The position numbers and the translations under genes are program-made. A DNA stretch of 64,000 nucleotides from Candidatus Margulisiibacteriota bacterium (lineage in GTDB: Bacteria > Margulisbacteria > Termititenacia > Termititenacales > Termititenacaceae), in assembly GCA_031274525.1 (NCBI GenBank), contig JAISQA010000025.1, positions 1,294 through 65,293 on the forward strand, read 5' to 3'. How positions within the stretch are numbered: the stretch's first letter is position 1; each line of letters starts with the position of its first letter. This document shows, in pieces, positions 36,098-45,211 of this stretch. The notes under the pieces are model-generated. The model did no database searches, was not told the origin of the DNA, and saw only the letters and a list, made by a program, of their open reading frames with translations.

Positions 36098-38195
36098 CTA
36101 TGAAACCAAATTCTTTTCTAAAATTTCAAAATGCTTCGGGTCTGATTCTTTCACGATATTCAGTAAAATCTTGATTGCATCCTTGCTCTCTCTTTTGTCT
36201 TTATGCTCGATTGTGCTTGTTGGATCGGAATTATGAGAAAATTCATTGACCAACTTGTATACTTTCCCCGCGGCTACAGTACTAATTTTCTCATCAAGAT
36301 TATTGATGTTTTTGATCAATACTTCCATTTTAGATTTTTGATCGCCTGTTGTCGGTATTTTAAAATCTACAAAAATATCAAAAAATCTTCTCGCCATATT
36401 TCCTATCGTATAAAAATCCTCATATTGTGTATCTTGTTTTTCCGAAAATTCTTTGAGTTTGGCAAACAAGAAATGATATTCAGATTTATAGTTTCGTAAT
36501 GTTTTATCAAGTGTAATAATTTTTGCTTTTCTTACATCCGATTTAATAAAATTTTCTACCATGAAAAATTCGCAAGGATTTGGTTTTTCTGTCTTATTTT
36601 CGGACTCTAATTTTTCATTATCTTTTTTCGTTGAATTATTCTTATTGATAAACCATTCTTTGACCAAATTGAAAAGTTGAAAATTGTGTGTGGAAATAAA
36701 AAGTTGCCCGACTTCCTTGAAATGTGTGTTTATCATTGAAAAACAGTGCTAAATGAAATTTGAATCAAAGCTAGAAATTGGATCGTCAATAAAAATAATT
36801 CCTTTTGATTTATCAAAATCGCCTTCACCGACCTTAACAACAAAATATGAAAAAGCGATTGCGGTTTTCTCTCCTTCACTCAAATTTTTTGCTGGCTTTC
36901 CGTCTCTCTTTATCGTATAGCCTTTGTTGTCTCCGTCCAATGCAAGCGCTATTTCTTTTCTGCCAAAAAATCCTTCTAGCTGTTTATTGATAGCTATAAT
37001 CGCTTTGCCTATATTTGAAGTTTGGTTTTCAAGTTCTGCAATGTCGGAATTATTTTTATTAATCGCATCAAGGGCTTCTTTTTCATTTTTTAATGATTCT
37101 TCCAAATCGGCTCCCATTTTTTTATAGTCCTGACCTGCCAAGGCAGTCGCGATTGAATTCAATTCGAGTTTCTCGCGAGCACTTGAAACCTCATTTGCAT
37201 GATTTTTTGCTTTTTCATTATGCTCATTGATAATTTTGTTCAATTCCAAAATTACGCTGTTGCAAGAAGACAAAAAATCCACTGGTTGTGTAGGACTTGA
37301 AACAACTACAAGCGGATTGTCATATTTTTCTTGAAGCGATTTTAGCGCTTCTTCGATCCAAGTATTTATTTTCTTGATAACTTCGTTAAGTTTCTTTGCC
37401 TGACTTGCGTATTTATCTTTTAGATCGGGGTAAAGATCATCGTTTTTTGTCGCAATTTCTAATTGTCTTACTTTCAAAATTTCACTTTTCAGGTTCGTGA
37501 TTGTATTTTGTAAGTCCTCATAGTCTTTGCTGAGCAGTCTGTGTTTTACCTGCCTCGCTTTTGCTTATTGCTTCGTATTTTTTCTTATCTTCGGCAGATA
37601 AGAGTTTGTCGGTAAAATTATCAATGCCAATAGTATTGATTTTGTTTTCAGCTTTTGTCTTGTTGTATGACTTGTCAAAAAGGATGTTTGCAATTTCTCG
37701 CCCCAAACCAGTCAGAAAAGTATTTTTTGTTTCTTCTTTTGTCGATTTATCTTTTTTTGACTGTTCGTATGTTTTGCCAGGAGTGATTTTATCCAGTTTC
37801 AACTGTTCAAGCCGTTTTTTGCTCTCAATATCTTCTTTGCTTACATAAATAATCGGATTGCATGAATCCAAAGGATCAAAAGAAATATTTTCATCTATAA
37901 AATCTTGGTTGAAAACCTTGATCGGCAAAACATTGGTGGCAACATCTGTATTTTTTACGGTGGTTCCGTCATCTGTTTTTATTTCGAATTCGCCATTTTC
38001 GGGATACTGTTTGAATTTGTCTTTATCGTAAGTACATTTTTTCTCGCAACTCGCAAAAACACGGGAAATGGTTGTTTTTCCGCTTCTATTCCAGCCATAG
38101 ATCAAATTGAATCTTTTAAAATCAGAAAGCTCTGTTTTCCAAATAAAATTATGAAATATGCCGTAATCTTTGAGTTTTGAGATTTTAGTAATCAT
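36098..38195 (-). pseudogene. AAA_13-family ABC-type ATPase (PrrC/RloC-like coiled-coil ATPase), disrupted by one frameshift (~37520-37560) and one in-frame TAG (36749..36751)
   Basis: Track ORFs 37518..38195 (Walker A YGWNRSGKTT), 36749..37477 (coiled coil, LSEGEKTAIAFSYF signature, Walker B/D-loop IIFIDDPISSFDSNFI then TAG) and 36098..36736 (H-loop QLFISTHN) are collinear pieces of one ~680-aa gene. Pieces 2 and 3 are in the same frame across the TAG. Confidence 0.7.
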
Positions 38196-38203
38196 GTTAA
38201 AAA

Positions 38204-39721
38204 CTAGGCAGTTACCTCATTTAAAGTCGTTTTCATCTCAAGGCTATTAACAAATTTATCAATATCCGAGATTCTCACTTCCAAACTATCTTTTTTGATA
38301 AAATCAAAATAACGTTCAGTATCAATAAAAGATTTTGGCGAGATAAACACGGAATATGATTTTGTGCCTCTTTTGACATATTCTTCAAGATGGCGATGTA
38401 TGGAAAACGACTCTCTGATATGTTGTTGTGTTCCAGTAAGTAAAGTTACTTCAACCAAAACTGTGTCTTTTTCTTCTAAACATTCAATATCGGGACTTCC
38501 GCCAGATGCAAAACTTGTTGGCAGTCCTTCATCGTCGGATATAAAGTTAGGTTTCACGATAACATTCGGTAATTTTTTAAGGATGGCCAAGGAAGTCAAA
38601 AATTCTAATCGCAAGGGCTGTTCAATAACTTTCAAAATATCATCACTTGAAGATTTTTTCTGTGCTAAATTAAACAGTTCGTTTTTAATAGATTCCCAAG
38701 CATAATGATCAACCCATTTTCCCAATTCCGCTTTTGTAGTTTTCGCTGGGGCTTTAAATACGGTAAGTGTTGAGATTAAATCGTGATCAACTTGTCCGAT
38801 GTACTCAAAAAATTCTTTTTCCGTTTCAAATTCTTTATAGGAAATATAATTTTTCAAAATATAATTTACGGCGGTAGATTCTTTTGTGTTTATATCTATA
38901 AAACGACCACCGCCACGCAAAGAAAGTAAACCAGTTAAACGCATTTTTCGTATAAAATCGTCAGGGTAATCACCGAGAATTGAATTATCATCTCGCTTTG
39001 TTTCGTTTAGCAATTTATAGCAAAGATCCAAAATCACTTCATCGCTCGGCGTATAACCATGTTTTTTGCGTAATTTTTTGATTTCTCGATATAAACTTTC
39101 GGCATTATCATTTTGCCAACACAGCAACAGAGGTATTTCTGATCTGGATATACCAGCCCTCTTGTATGCTGGGTCATTATTCAAAAGTTTTATGGTTTGT
39201 ATAAGTAAAATAAGTGGAACATTTTTATTTAAAACGCGACGAAATGGATTTTGGCGTTGATATTTCGCAAAAGCATTTGCAAAAACCATTAACTCATTTT
39301 CTGGCTTTTCCTTATCCAATAACATTTTACCGCTTTCGGAAAATTTTATTTCTTCATTTTGCCAATACCAAACAAAGCCAAGTTCTTTAGCAATTTTGAA
39401 CCAAGTATCAAACCGCGATGGCCAACCTTTTTCAAAACCCGCTTCTTTATGGCTTTGTGGATTGTCGGAAAATACCTTTTCGGTTTCAGTTTCGCTCAAT
39501 TCAATTTCATTCTTCCGTTTATCTTTTATAGCCGAAGACACTTTCATCGGCTGATATAATCCTTTTTGAATTAAAGATTTGGCGACTTTATCAATAATTT
39601 CGTTAGTTAAAATTTCGCCGTCATATTCCGCAAGCACAGTCAGAAAATCCTTCAATCGTTCAGGATTTCTCATTGTCGTTGTAAATAGTAATGGTTTGTA
39701 TTCAGATTGTCGTTTATTCAT
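38204..39721 (-). CDS. Type IIS restriction endonuclease, AlwI family (N.BstNBI/PleI/MlyI-like)
   Basis: C-terminal catalytic region ...SPDIECLEEKDTVLVEVTLLTGTQQHIRESFSIHRHLEEY...YSVFISPKSFIDT parallels N.BstNBI ...PDMEIIYEDFIVLGEVTTSKGATQFKMESEPVTRHYL...YCLFIAPEINKNT. 505 aa. Confidence 0.7.
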   Translation of the reverse strand: MNKRQSEYKPLLFTTTMRNPERLKDFLTVLAEYDGEILTNEIIDKVAKSLIQKGLYQPMKVSSAIKDKRKNEIELSETETEKVFSDNPQSHKEAGFEKGWPSRFDTWFKIAKELGFVWYWQNEEIKFSESGKMLLDKEKPENELMVFANAFAKYQRQNPFRRVLNKNVPLILLIQTIKLLNNDPAYKRAGISRSEIPLLLCWQNDNAESLYREIKKLRKKHGYTPSDEVILDLCYKLLNETKRDDNSILGDYPDDFIRKMRLTGLLSLRGGGRFIDINTKESTAVNYILKNYISYKEFETEKEFFEYIGQVDHDLISTLTVFKAPAKTTKAELGKWVDHYAWESIKNELFNLAQKKSSSDDILKVIEQPLRLEFLTSLAILKKLPNVIVKPNFISDDEGLPTSFASGGSPDIECLEEKDTVLVEVTLLTGTQQHIRESFSIHRHLEEYVKRGTKSYSVFISPKSFIDTERYFDFIKKDSLEVRISDIDKFVNSLEMKTTLNEVTA

Positions 39722-39725
39722 AAGT

Positions 39726-40631
39726 TTAATAGTTAGTAATCAAAACTTCCTTAATTATCTTTTTGCCGTTGTTATGATAATTAATGTAGTTGCTTTCTAT
39801 TTTGTGCACCTTATATTTTTTCATCCATTCCAGCAGTATATCATTTTTACTTCCATTATAATGAGTAACATTTGATAGGGCAAATTTAACGCCTTTCTTG
39901 TCTAAAACATCAATCATTTTTAATAAATCGGCTTCCGATTTTTGATTCCACAATTTATTATATTCGCTGGCAGATATTAAATATGGAGGATCTAAATATA
40001 CAAAATCATTTTTTAAATATTTTTTGTCTGAAAAAAACTTTTTAAAACCTTTGGAGGTTATAGATATTTTTTTATCCTGAACAAAATCAAAATAGCCATT
40101 CAAGGCATTAACTACATTTTTATTAAAATCAACATTACCAACAGGCAAATTAAATTTACCCCCGCCATTAAATCGCAACATTCTATTAAATCCATAAATA
40201 AGTAGAATATACAAAATTAGGGGGTCATTTTTCTGATAATTATTTACACATAATCTCAATTTATCGTATCCATCTTTATTAAATCTTGCGTAATAAGTTT
40301 TTTTAAATTCCTTTTTTAACGAATCGGGAACAATATCTTTTTTGTATGAATGCGAAAATTTATATTTGTGGATTATTCTTTCAGCATCCTTAAAAAATTT
40401 TTCTGGATTTTTTGAGCTGGCAATTAGAAGTGTATGGATATTGATCAGATGCTTATCTATGTCATTGAGAAAATATTTTTTTGCTTCAATATTCAAAAAT
40501 ACCGTGCCTCCACCGACAAAAGGTTCATAAAAATTATTTATTTCTTTGGGAAATAAATTTACCAGTTGTTTCATCAGCTTGTATTTATCGCCGACATAAA
40601 ACAGAGGCGATCTTTTTATTTTATTACTCAT
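39726..40631 (-). CDS. N6-adenine DNA methyltransferase, D12 (Dam) class - M1
   Basis: FYVGDKYK...EPFVGGGTVF motif I. DPPY motif IV (VYLDPPYL). Overlaps the upstream MTase by 4 nt and precedes the REase gene. Confidence 0.85.
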   Translation of the reverse strand: MSNKIKRSPLFYVGDKYKLMKQLVNLFPKEINNFYEPFVGGGTVFLNIEAKKYFLNDIDKHLINIHTLLIASSKNPEKFFKDAERIIHKYKFSHSYKKDIVPDSLKKEFKKTYYARFNKDGYDKLRLCVNNYQKNDPLILYILLIYGFNRMLRFNGGGKFNLPVGNVDFNKNVVNALNGYFDFVQDKKISITSKGFKKFFSDKKYLKNDFVYLDPPYLISASEYNKLWNQKSEADLLKMIDVLDKKGVKFALSNVTHYNGSKNDILLEWMKKYKVHKIESNYINYHNNGKKIIKEVLITNY

Positions 40632-42436
40632 ATTTTTGCTTTCGTTACAAACAAGTATTCTTTGTGATTATTAAAATTAGTATTGCCAGCATTAAAGTGT
40701 CTATAATTTTTTTCAAAAACTTTGGTTGGTCCTTTCTTTTGCAGAATCTGCTCAATCTCTTGGAGTGTGATTTTATTTTTTGAGGAATTACTTTTTGAAT
40801 CGTAAGTGTTATTGTATGAAACGACCAAATATTTAGCGTCAAGATCTCTCGCGAGTTCCGCAAATTTATCTTTGGCGTTAGCTCGGCAGTAGTCGCTCAT
40901 ATTTTCTGGCTCTGGCTTTAATGCTACGCCGAAAAGTTTTGGGTTATCCCATTTAGTCAAAGTTTCAAGTACATGATAAAACCTGCTATACTGCCTTGAA
41001 TTGTAAGGTGGGTCAATATAAACGACATCAGCATTTATTTTTTTTGCCAGATCATTTGTATCTTCTTGGAAAATTGATATTTCTTGCGTGTCTATTGGGT
41101 CAATCGGTTTCATAAAAAAACTATCATTGATAAATTCCTTTTTGAAATAAGCATCAAAATGTCCAACCGTATTGGCGATTTTATCGGCGGTATAAAGCAA
41201 CGAAGCGATTAATATGTAATATTCTCGTTCGGTTAAATTTTTTTTATTTTTTTCTATATTTTCGCGAATGAAGCCGATAATTTTTGCTGAATTTTTGCTG
41301 AAAAATTTACCACCAAAATTTTTGGAAAAATAATTTTCCTCCAAGTCGTCGCCATAAATATTATTATAGCTTTTTATAATATTATCTATTTTATTTTTAT
41401 CCCATGCCTCGTTTCCGAAAAAAGCTCGATATATCGCATAATTTGAATGTAGAAAGTCGTTCAATAAAATCTTTTCAAAGTGTTTGGTTGCAACGGCGGA
41501 TACAACACCAGTCCCCGCAAAAATATCCGCAAATGAATTTCCTTTACATTCTTTGTTAATTATGGAAAAAATCCACTCAATCAATTTATGTTTATTTCCG
41601 ATATATCTGCGATTATGTAATTGGAGATGATTTTCTTTCACCTGTGGAATATAAAAATAATTTTCTCGGATTTTTTCGGCGGCTATTTCATAGGATGGTC
41701 GTTCGGTTTCAAACATGGCAAAAAGAGTACCCTGTATTCCGTCTGCGACATAATCAATGTTTGCTTTTTGTTTATTTAATTTTTCGTAAAAGCTGTAATG
41801 ATTATTTTGAGAAATGATAATAAAATCAATAACTGGTATTCCCATTATTTCGCCAGCCTGTATGATTTTTTCAATAATTTGATTGTCTTTTTCGCTTGGT
41901 GAAAAATCGCCCGAAGGGTGATTATGAACCAAAACAACACTGGCGGCGTTTAATTCCGTTGCAGGATAAAAAATTTCTCTCGGATGTAGTAGTGCCTTAT
42001 CTAAAAGACCGATACTCACAATTTCTTTTTTTAACAAAACATTTCGTGCGTTTAAATAAAGACAAACTAAATGTTCTTTTTTCTTGTCTCTTAAATCATA
42101 AGTGAGAGATAAAATATCTTGAGAATTTTTTATAACAATTTCGTTGATTTTGTTTTCGTCGTAAAATCTTTTTACCAATGAAATTGCGGAAGCAATTTGC
42201 AATGCTTTTGCCTGTCCGATTCCTGAAATTTCTAAAAGATTATCAACAGTTATATTCAAAAAGTTTTTACCAAATTTTCTGATGATATTTTCAGAAAGTT
42301 GTCTAACATTTTTCCCTTTGATTCCACTACCCAAAAGAATTGCCAAAAGATCACTTTTTAAAAGTGCGTCAGCCCCTTTTTGTAAAAACCGTTCTCTTGG
42401 GCGATCTATTTTGGGAATATCTTTTATTTTTGTCAT
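40628..42436 (-). CDS. Fusion protein: N-terminal RadC-like JAB domain (HhH + JAMM) joined to C-terminal D12-class N6-adenine DNA methyltransferase - M2
   Basis: Residues 1-220 have DRPRERF...LLAILLGSGIKGKNV...GIGQAKALQIASA plus VLVHNHPSGDFSPSEKDNQIT (RadC/JAB). Residues ~270-602 have RRYIGNKHKL...ADIFAGTG and VYIDPPYN (Dam-type). Confidence 0.75.
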   Translation of the reverse strand: MTKIKDIPKIDRPRERFLQKGADALLKSDLLAILLGSGIKGKNVRQLSENIIRKFGKNFLNITVDNLLEISGIGQAKALQIASAISLVKRFYDENKINEIVIKNSQDILSLTYDLRDKKKEHLVCLYLNARNVLLKKEIVSIGLLDKALLHPREIFYPATELNAASVVLVHNHPSGDFSPSEKDNQIIEKIIQAGEIMGIPVIDFIIISQNNHYSFYEKLNKQKANIDYVADGIQGTLFAMFETERPSYEIAAEKIRENYFYIPQVKENHLQLHNRRYIGNKHKLIEWIFSIINKECKGNSFADIFAGTGVVSAVATKHFEKILLNDFLHSNYAIYRAFFGNEAWDKNKIDNIIKSYNNIYGDDLEENYFSKNFGGKFFSKNSAKIIGFIRENIEKNKKNLTEREYYILIASLLYTADKIANTVGHFDAYFKKEFINDSFFMKPIDPIDTQEISIFQEDTNDLAKKINADVVYIDPPYNSRQYSRFYHVLETLTKWDNPKLFGVALKPEPENMSDYCRANAKDKFAELARDLDAKYLVVSYNNTYDSKSNSSKNKITLQEIEQILQKKGPTKVFEKNYRHFNAGNTNFNNHKEYLFVTKAKI

Positions 42437-42443
42437 ATCCTGT

Positions 42444-42650
42444 TTATTTAATTAAATCCTCGATTGTAACGCCAAGTGCTTTCGCTAATTTTGCCATGAT
42501 AAGTACGGACGGCTTTTTAATTACATTACTCTCAATTTTTGTCAGAGTAGTATATTTAACGCCTGATTTTTTGGCAAAATCTTCCTGCGATAAGCCTATC
42601 TTACCTCGATATTTCTTTATATTTTCTCCAATGTTTATTTCCGTTGCCAT
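42444..42650 (-). CDS. Controller (C) protein, XRE-family HTH regulator of the R-M operon
   Basis: 68 aa. ...IKKYRGKIGLSQEDFAKKSGVKYTTLTKIESN... is a classic C-protein HTH. First gene of the R-M operon. Confidence 0.75.
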   Translation of the reverse strand: MATEINIGENIKKYRGKIGLSQEDFAKKSGVKYTTLTKIESNVIKKPSVLIMAKLAKALGVTIEDLIK

Positions 42651-42676
42651 AATTTCAATTATTTGATAGTATTATT

Positions 42677-42694
42677 ATGAAGTGATATACTTTC
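42677..42694 (-). promoter_or_regulatory. Possible C-box-like imperfect palindrome upstream of the C gene
   Basis: TGAA-n-ATAT-n-TTCA symmetry (tgaagtgatatactttca) about 30 nt upstream of the C start. Confidence 0.2.
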
Positions 42695-42816
42695 AATATA
42701 ATGATACCAAATTTTAAGAATATGAGCAAATAAATAAAGGGAGTTCCTTTGATATAACGCGCGCACGGGTGGGTGGGGCAAGCGTTATGCTTCTTTTATC
42801 TCCTCTTTTGTTTTCT

Positions 42817-42866
42817 GTCCCGCCGAAAAGTTTTGGGGGCGAAGCCCAAGCAAGCGGGCAAAAAGG
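42817..42866. repeat. Right ~50-bp GC-rich inverted repeat (IR-R)
   Basis: gtcccgccgaaaagttttgggggcgaagcccaagcaagcgggcaaaaagg; the inverted partner is at 36041..36090. Confidence 0.75.
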
Positions 42867-43103
42867 AAGGGGGTTGGGGGGAATTCCGCTTTTTCTTTGC
42901 GAAATCAAATTGCGGACAGCCCCGCCACCTGTCTGAATACCTGGAAGGCAGAACCCGCAGAAAAATACTTTTTTCATTAAAAGAAGAAAAAATCGGGCAC
43001 GCGCAAAATGAAAAGAGCAAAGAGTATTTTGCTGTGGTGTGGTGAGCTTGTCAAGCAGTGGCGGGGCTGGCTTCCTTAGTGGGGGTTTTGCTCAAAGAAT
43101 GTT

Positions 43104-43136
43104 CGAACTTCGTCCAAAAAATACCGCGCCACGCGA
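43104..43136 (-). terminator. Rho-independent terminator downstream of tRNA-Ser
   Basis: Perfect 9-bp stem gcgccacgc-gaa-gcgtggcgc followed on the minus strand by TATTTTTTGG. Confidence 0.6.
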
Positions 43137-43211
43137 AGCGTGGCGCTGACTGCGCGCGTGTTTCCTTGCGCACGCAGGCGTCGCTCGCGCATTGGCGCGA
43201 GCGGAGAGGGC

Positions 43212-43296
43212 GAGATTCGAACTCGCGGTACCTTGCGGTACACAACATTTCCAATGTTGCACCATCGGCCACTCGGACACCTCTCCGTAAAGAAAG
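43212..43296 (-). tRNA. tRNA-Ser (anticodon GGA)
   Basis: Reverse complement reads GGAGAGGTGTCCGAGTGGCCGATGGTGCAACATTGGAAATGTTGTGTACCGCAAGGTACCGCGAGTTCGAATCTCGCCCTCTCCG. Long variable arm. Anticodon loop TTGGAAA. CCA is not encoded. Confidence 0.85.
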
Positions 43297-43405
43297 ATTA
43301 TATTATGGGCGGGTGTTTTCTACAATTCGGCGCTGGTGAAGCGCTGATTTTGTTCTGTCATTTGCCTAATCTATACTGGTACAGTAAAATTGGTATTAAG
43401 AGGTT

Positions 43406-43633
43406 ATGCAGATGCAGAGTAAACAGCTCTCTGTGAGCTGGTCCGGTTATCGTAAGTTCCCTGCGCCGCCCGGTCTGGCCCAGCAATTACTGGCTGTGCA
43501 GCGGGAGAATAACGCGCTGGACAGCTTGCACCGTTACAAGCCGCGGCTGGCAGACAGATACAGGCAAAATCTGGAAAAAGTGGCGGATAATCTGGCCGAA
43601 GCTGCTCTGCCCTGGGTTTTACCGGGTTCTTAA
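43406..43633 (+). CDS. Hypothetical protein (75 aa)
   Basis: ORF with an AAGAGG RBS. No recognisable motif. Confidence 0.35.
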   Translation: MQMQSKQLSVSWSGYRKFPAPPGLAQQLLAVQRENNALDSLHRYKPRLADRYRQNLEKVADNLAEAALPWVLPGS

Positions 43634-43645
43634 AAAGGAGGAATT

Positions 43646-44083
43646 ATGAAAATTATTAAATGTTTATTAAGCGCGGCGCTCTTGATTAGCCTGACTTTAG
43701 CTCTTGGCAGTAAACCTGCGGACGCCGAACCGGCGCTGCTGGAAACTTACTGGCGGCTGACCGAGCTGTCCGGTCAAAAAGTCAGTTCGTCCGCGCCGCA
43801 GGGACGCGAGGCGCATCTGATCCTGAAAAAAGACGGCGCGGCCAGCGGCAGCGGCGGGTTAAACCGCTTTACCGGTCAATACACGCTGGACAAAAACGAT
43901 GGCCTGGCTTTTTTGCCGGCCGCCGCCACGTTAATGGCCGGAGTGCCCGCGGCTATGGAAACCGAAAGAAAATTTTTCCAGAGCATGGCACAGACCAAAA
44001 AATACAAAATCAGGCAAAACAAATTATATTTAATGAACGCCAGCGGCTCCGTCCTTGCGATACTGGAAGCAGTTTATCTGTAA
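43646..44083 (+). CDS. META/HslJ-like (DUF306) secreted protein
   Basis: Signal peptide. W..TEL.G...SGSGG(L)NRFTGQYTLD...LAF...A.TLMA... matches the META domain pattern. Strong AAGGAGG RBS. Confidence 0.55.
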   Translation: MKIIKCLLSAALLISLTLALGSKPADAEPALLETYWRLTELSGQKVSSSAPQGREAHLILKKDGAASGSGGLNRFTGQYTLDKNDGLAFLPAAATLMAGVPAAMETERKFFQSMAQTKKYKIRQNKLYLMNASGSVLAILEAVYL

Positions 44084-44090
44084 ACAGCTA

Positions 44091-44124
44091 AAAAGCCGTC
44101 CTGATAGCGGGGCGGCTTTTTTTA
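44091..44124. terminator. Bidirectional Rho-independent terminator between the convergent META gene and sigma-factor gene
   Basis: AAAAAGCCGTCC-tgatagcg-GGGCGGCTTTTTTT. Confidence 0.6.
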
Positions 44125-44148
44125 CAAAATGCTGATGTTGCCCCCCGG

Positions 44149-44958
44149 TCACATCAGAGCCAGAGCTACTTTGTGGCAGGCGCTTTTGAGCACGCGCGAG
44201 ACCTGCGCCTGAGTGATCCGAAACCGCGTGGCAATCTCATCCTGGCTGAACTCGCGCATAAAATGATATTTCATTATCAGTTGATCGCGGCTATTCAGCG
44301 TGTGCAGGGCTTCAGCGAGGCCCTCGCGTTCCAGTATTGTCTCGGAAAAACCGTCACAGCCGATTATTTCTTCCAGCCGGACAAAAGCATCTTTACCGCT
44401 GTTGTTTTTGACCGGCGCGTCCAGTGAAGCCAGATAGTGCGCGTTCACCGTCTGGGTGATCCTGTCCAGAGCGCGGACTTTGAGTCTGAAGGCTTTGGCC
44501 GTCTCAGCGCGGGTCGCCTCGCGGCCGTGTTTGTAGAGAAAGTTCTCGCGGAATTTCTGGATGCGGGCGTTAAGCTCCACGCATTTGCGCGAAACACGAA
44601 TACCGTAACAATTGTCGCGGATAAAATGTTTCAATTCACCGTCGATCGTGGGCACTGCGTAATAAGACAGCTTGGCGCGGCGGGAAGGATTGTATTTCTT
44701 GACCGCCTTGATCAGCCCGATCGCCGCCACCTGCACCAGATCCTGAATATCCACATCCCTGCGCACATATTTTTTGGCAAGGTACACGGCCAGCGGAAAA
44801 TTAGCCACGACGAGTTCTTTTTTCTCTCTGGAAAGATAGCTTTGCATAGAATCGTTGATCAGTTTCGAGACAATTTTTTTATGCGTATCTTTAAGTTCTA
44901 AGATCTCCTTGCGGTTTAATTTTCTATTTTTGGTTCTGGTCGCTATTGCCATTTTCAT
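44149..44958 (-). CDS. RNA polymerase sigma factor, sigma-70 family (group 3, SigB/F/WhiG-like)
   Basis: Region 2 FPLAVYLAKKYVRRDVDIQDLVQVAAIGLIKAVKKYNP...KLSYYAVPTIDGELKHFIRD. Region 4 HTH ...SQDEIATRFRITQAQVSRVLK... Confidence 0.75.
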   Translation of the reverse strand: MKMAIATRTKNRKLNRKEILELKDTHKKIVSKLINDSMQSYLSREKKELVVANFPLAVYLAKKYVRRDVDIQDLVQVAAIGLIKAVKKYNPSRRAKLSYYAVPTIDGELKHFIRDNCYGIRVSRKCVELNARIQKFRENFLYKHGREATRAETAKAFRLKVRALDRITQTVNAHYLASLDAPVKNNSGKDAFVRLEEIIGCDGFSETILEREGLAEALHTLNSRDQLIMKYHFMREFSQDEIATRFRITQAQVSRVLKSACHKVALALM

Positions 44959-45066
44959 CCTCCCCTTAATATTTCAGAAGAGAAACGGCAGTTTTTATGC
45001 CAGGCACAGTTTTTAGCTTATTCACAGCGAAAATAGCATTTAGAAAGAAGAATACATCGATTTTTA

Positions 45067-45124
45067 TTGTTCAAAATTGAACAAATACGGAGAGGCGCCT
45101 TTTATACATTATATTTAATGTATA
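45067..45124. promoter_or_regulatory. Palindrome-rich upstream region of the sigma-factor gene
   Basis: Perfect 18-bp palindrome TTGTTCAAAATTGAACAA (45067..45084) and TACATTATATTTAATGTA (45107..45124), plus repeated GCTTAATTA. Confidence 0.35.
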
Positions 45125-45211
45125 AATTTAGGCACTTAATTACAGGTGCTTAATTATTAATATACCCGGATTTGGGGAAAATATACCTACCGGCTTGTAC
45201 TTTCTCCGCGG

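Larger units (their letters stand above)
34170..42866. other. Low-GC defense/modification genomic island downstream of tRNA-Glu
   Basis: Abrupt drop in GC after the tRNA. Gene content is entirely restriction-modification/defense related. Confidence 0.7.

Noticed and set aside
42930-42960. SRP (4.5S) RNA-like motif CCTGTCTGAATACCTGGAAGGCAG
   Set aside because: It resembles the GGAAGG/AGCAGC domain IV core only superficially. The flanks do not form the required symmetric-loop helix or terminal stem.
43058-43436. Three overlapping ORFs (43058..43339 +, 43092..43280 -, 43140..43436 +)
   Set aside because: They cover tRNA-Ser and its terminator and are GC-rich chance frames.
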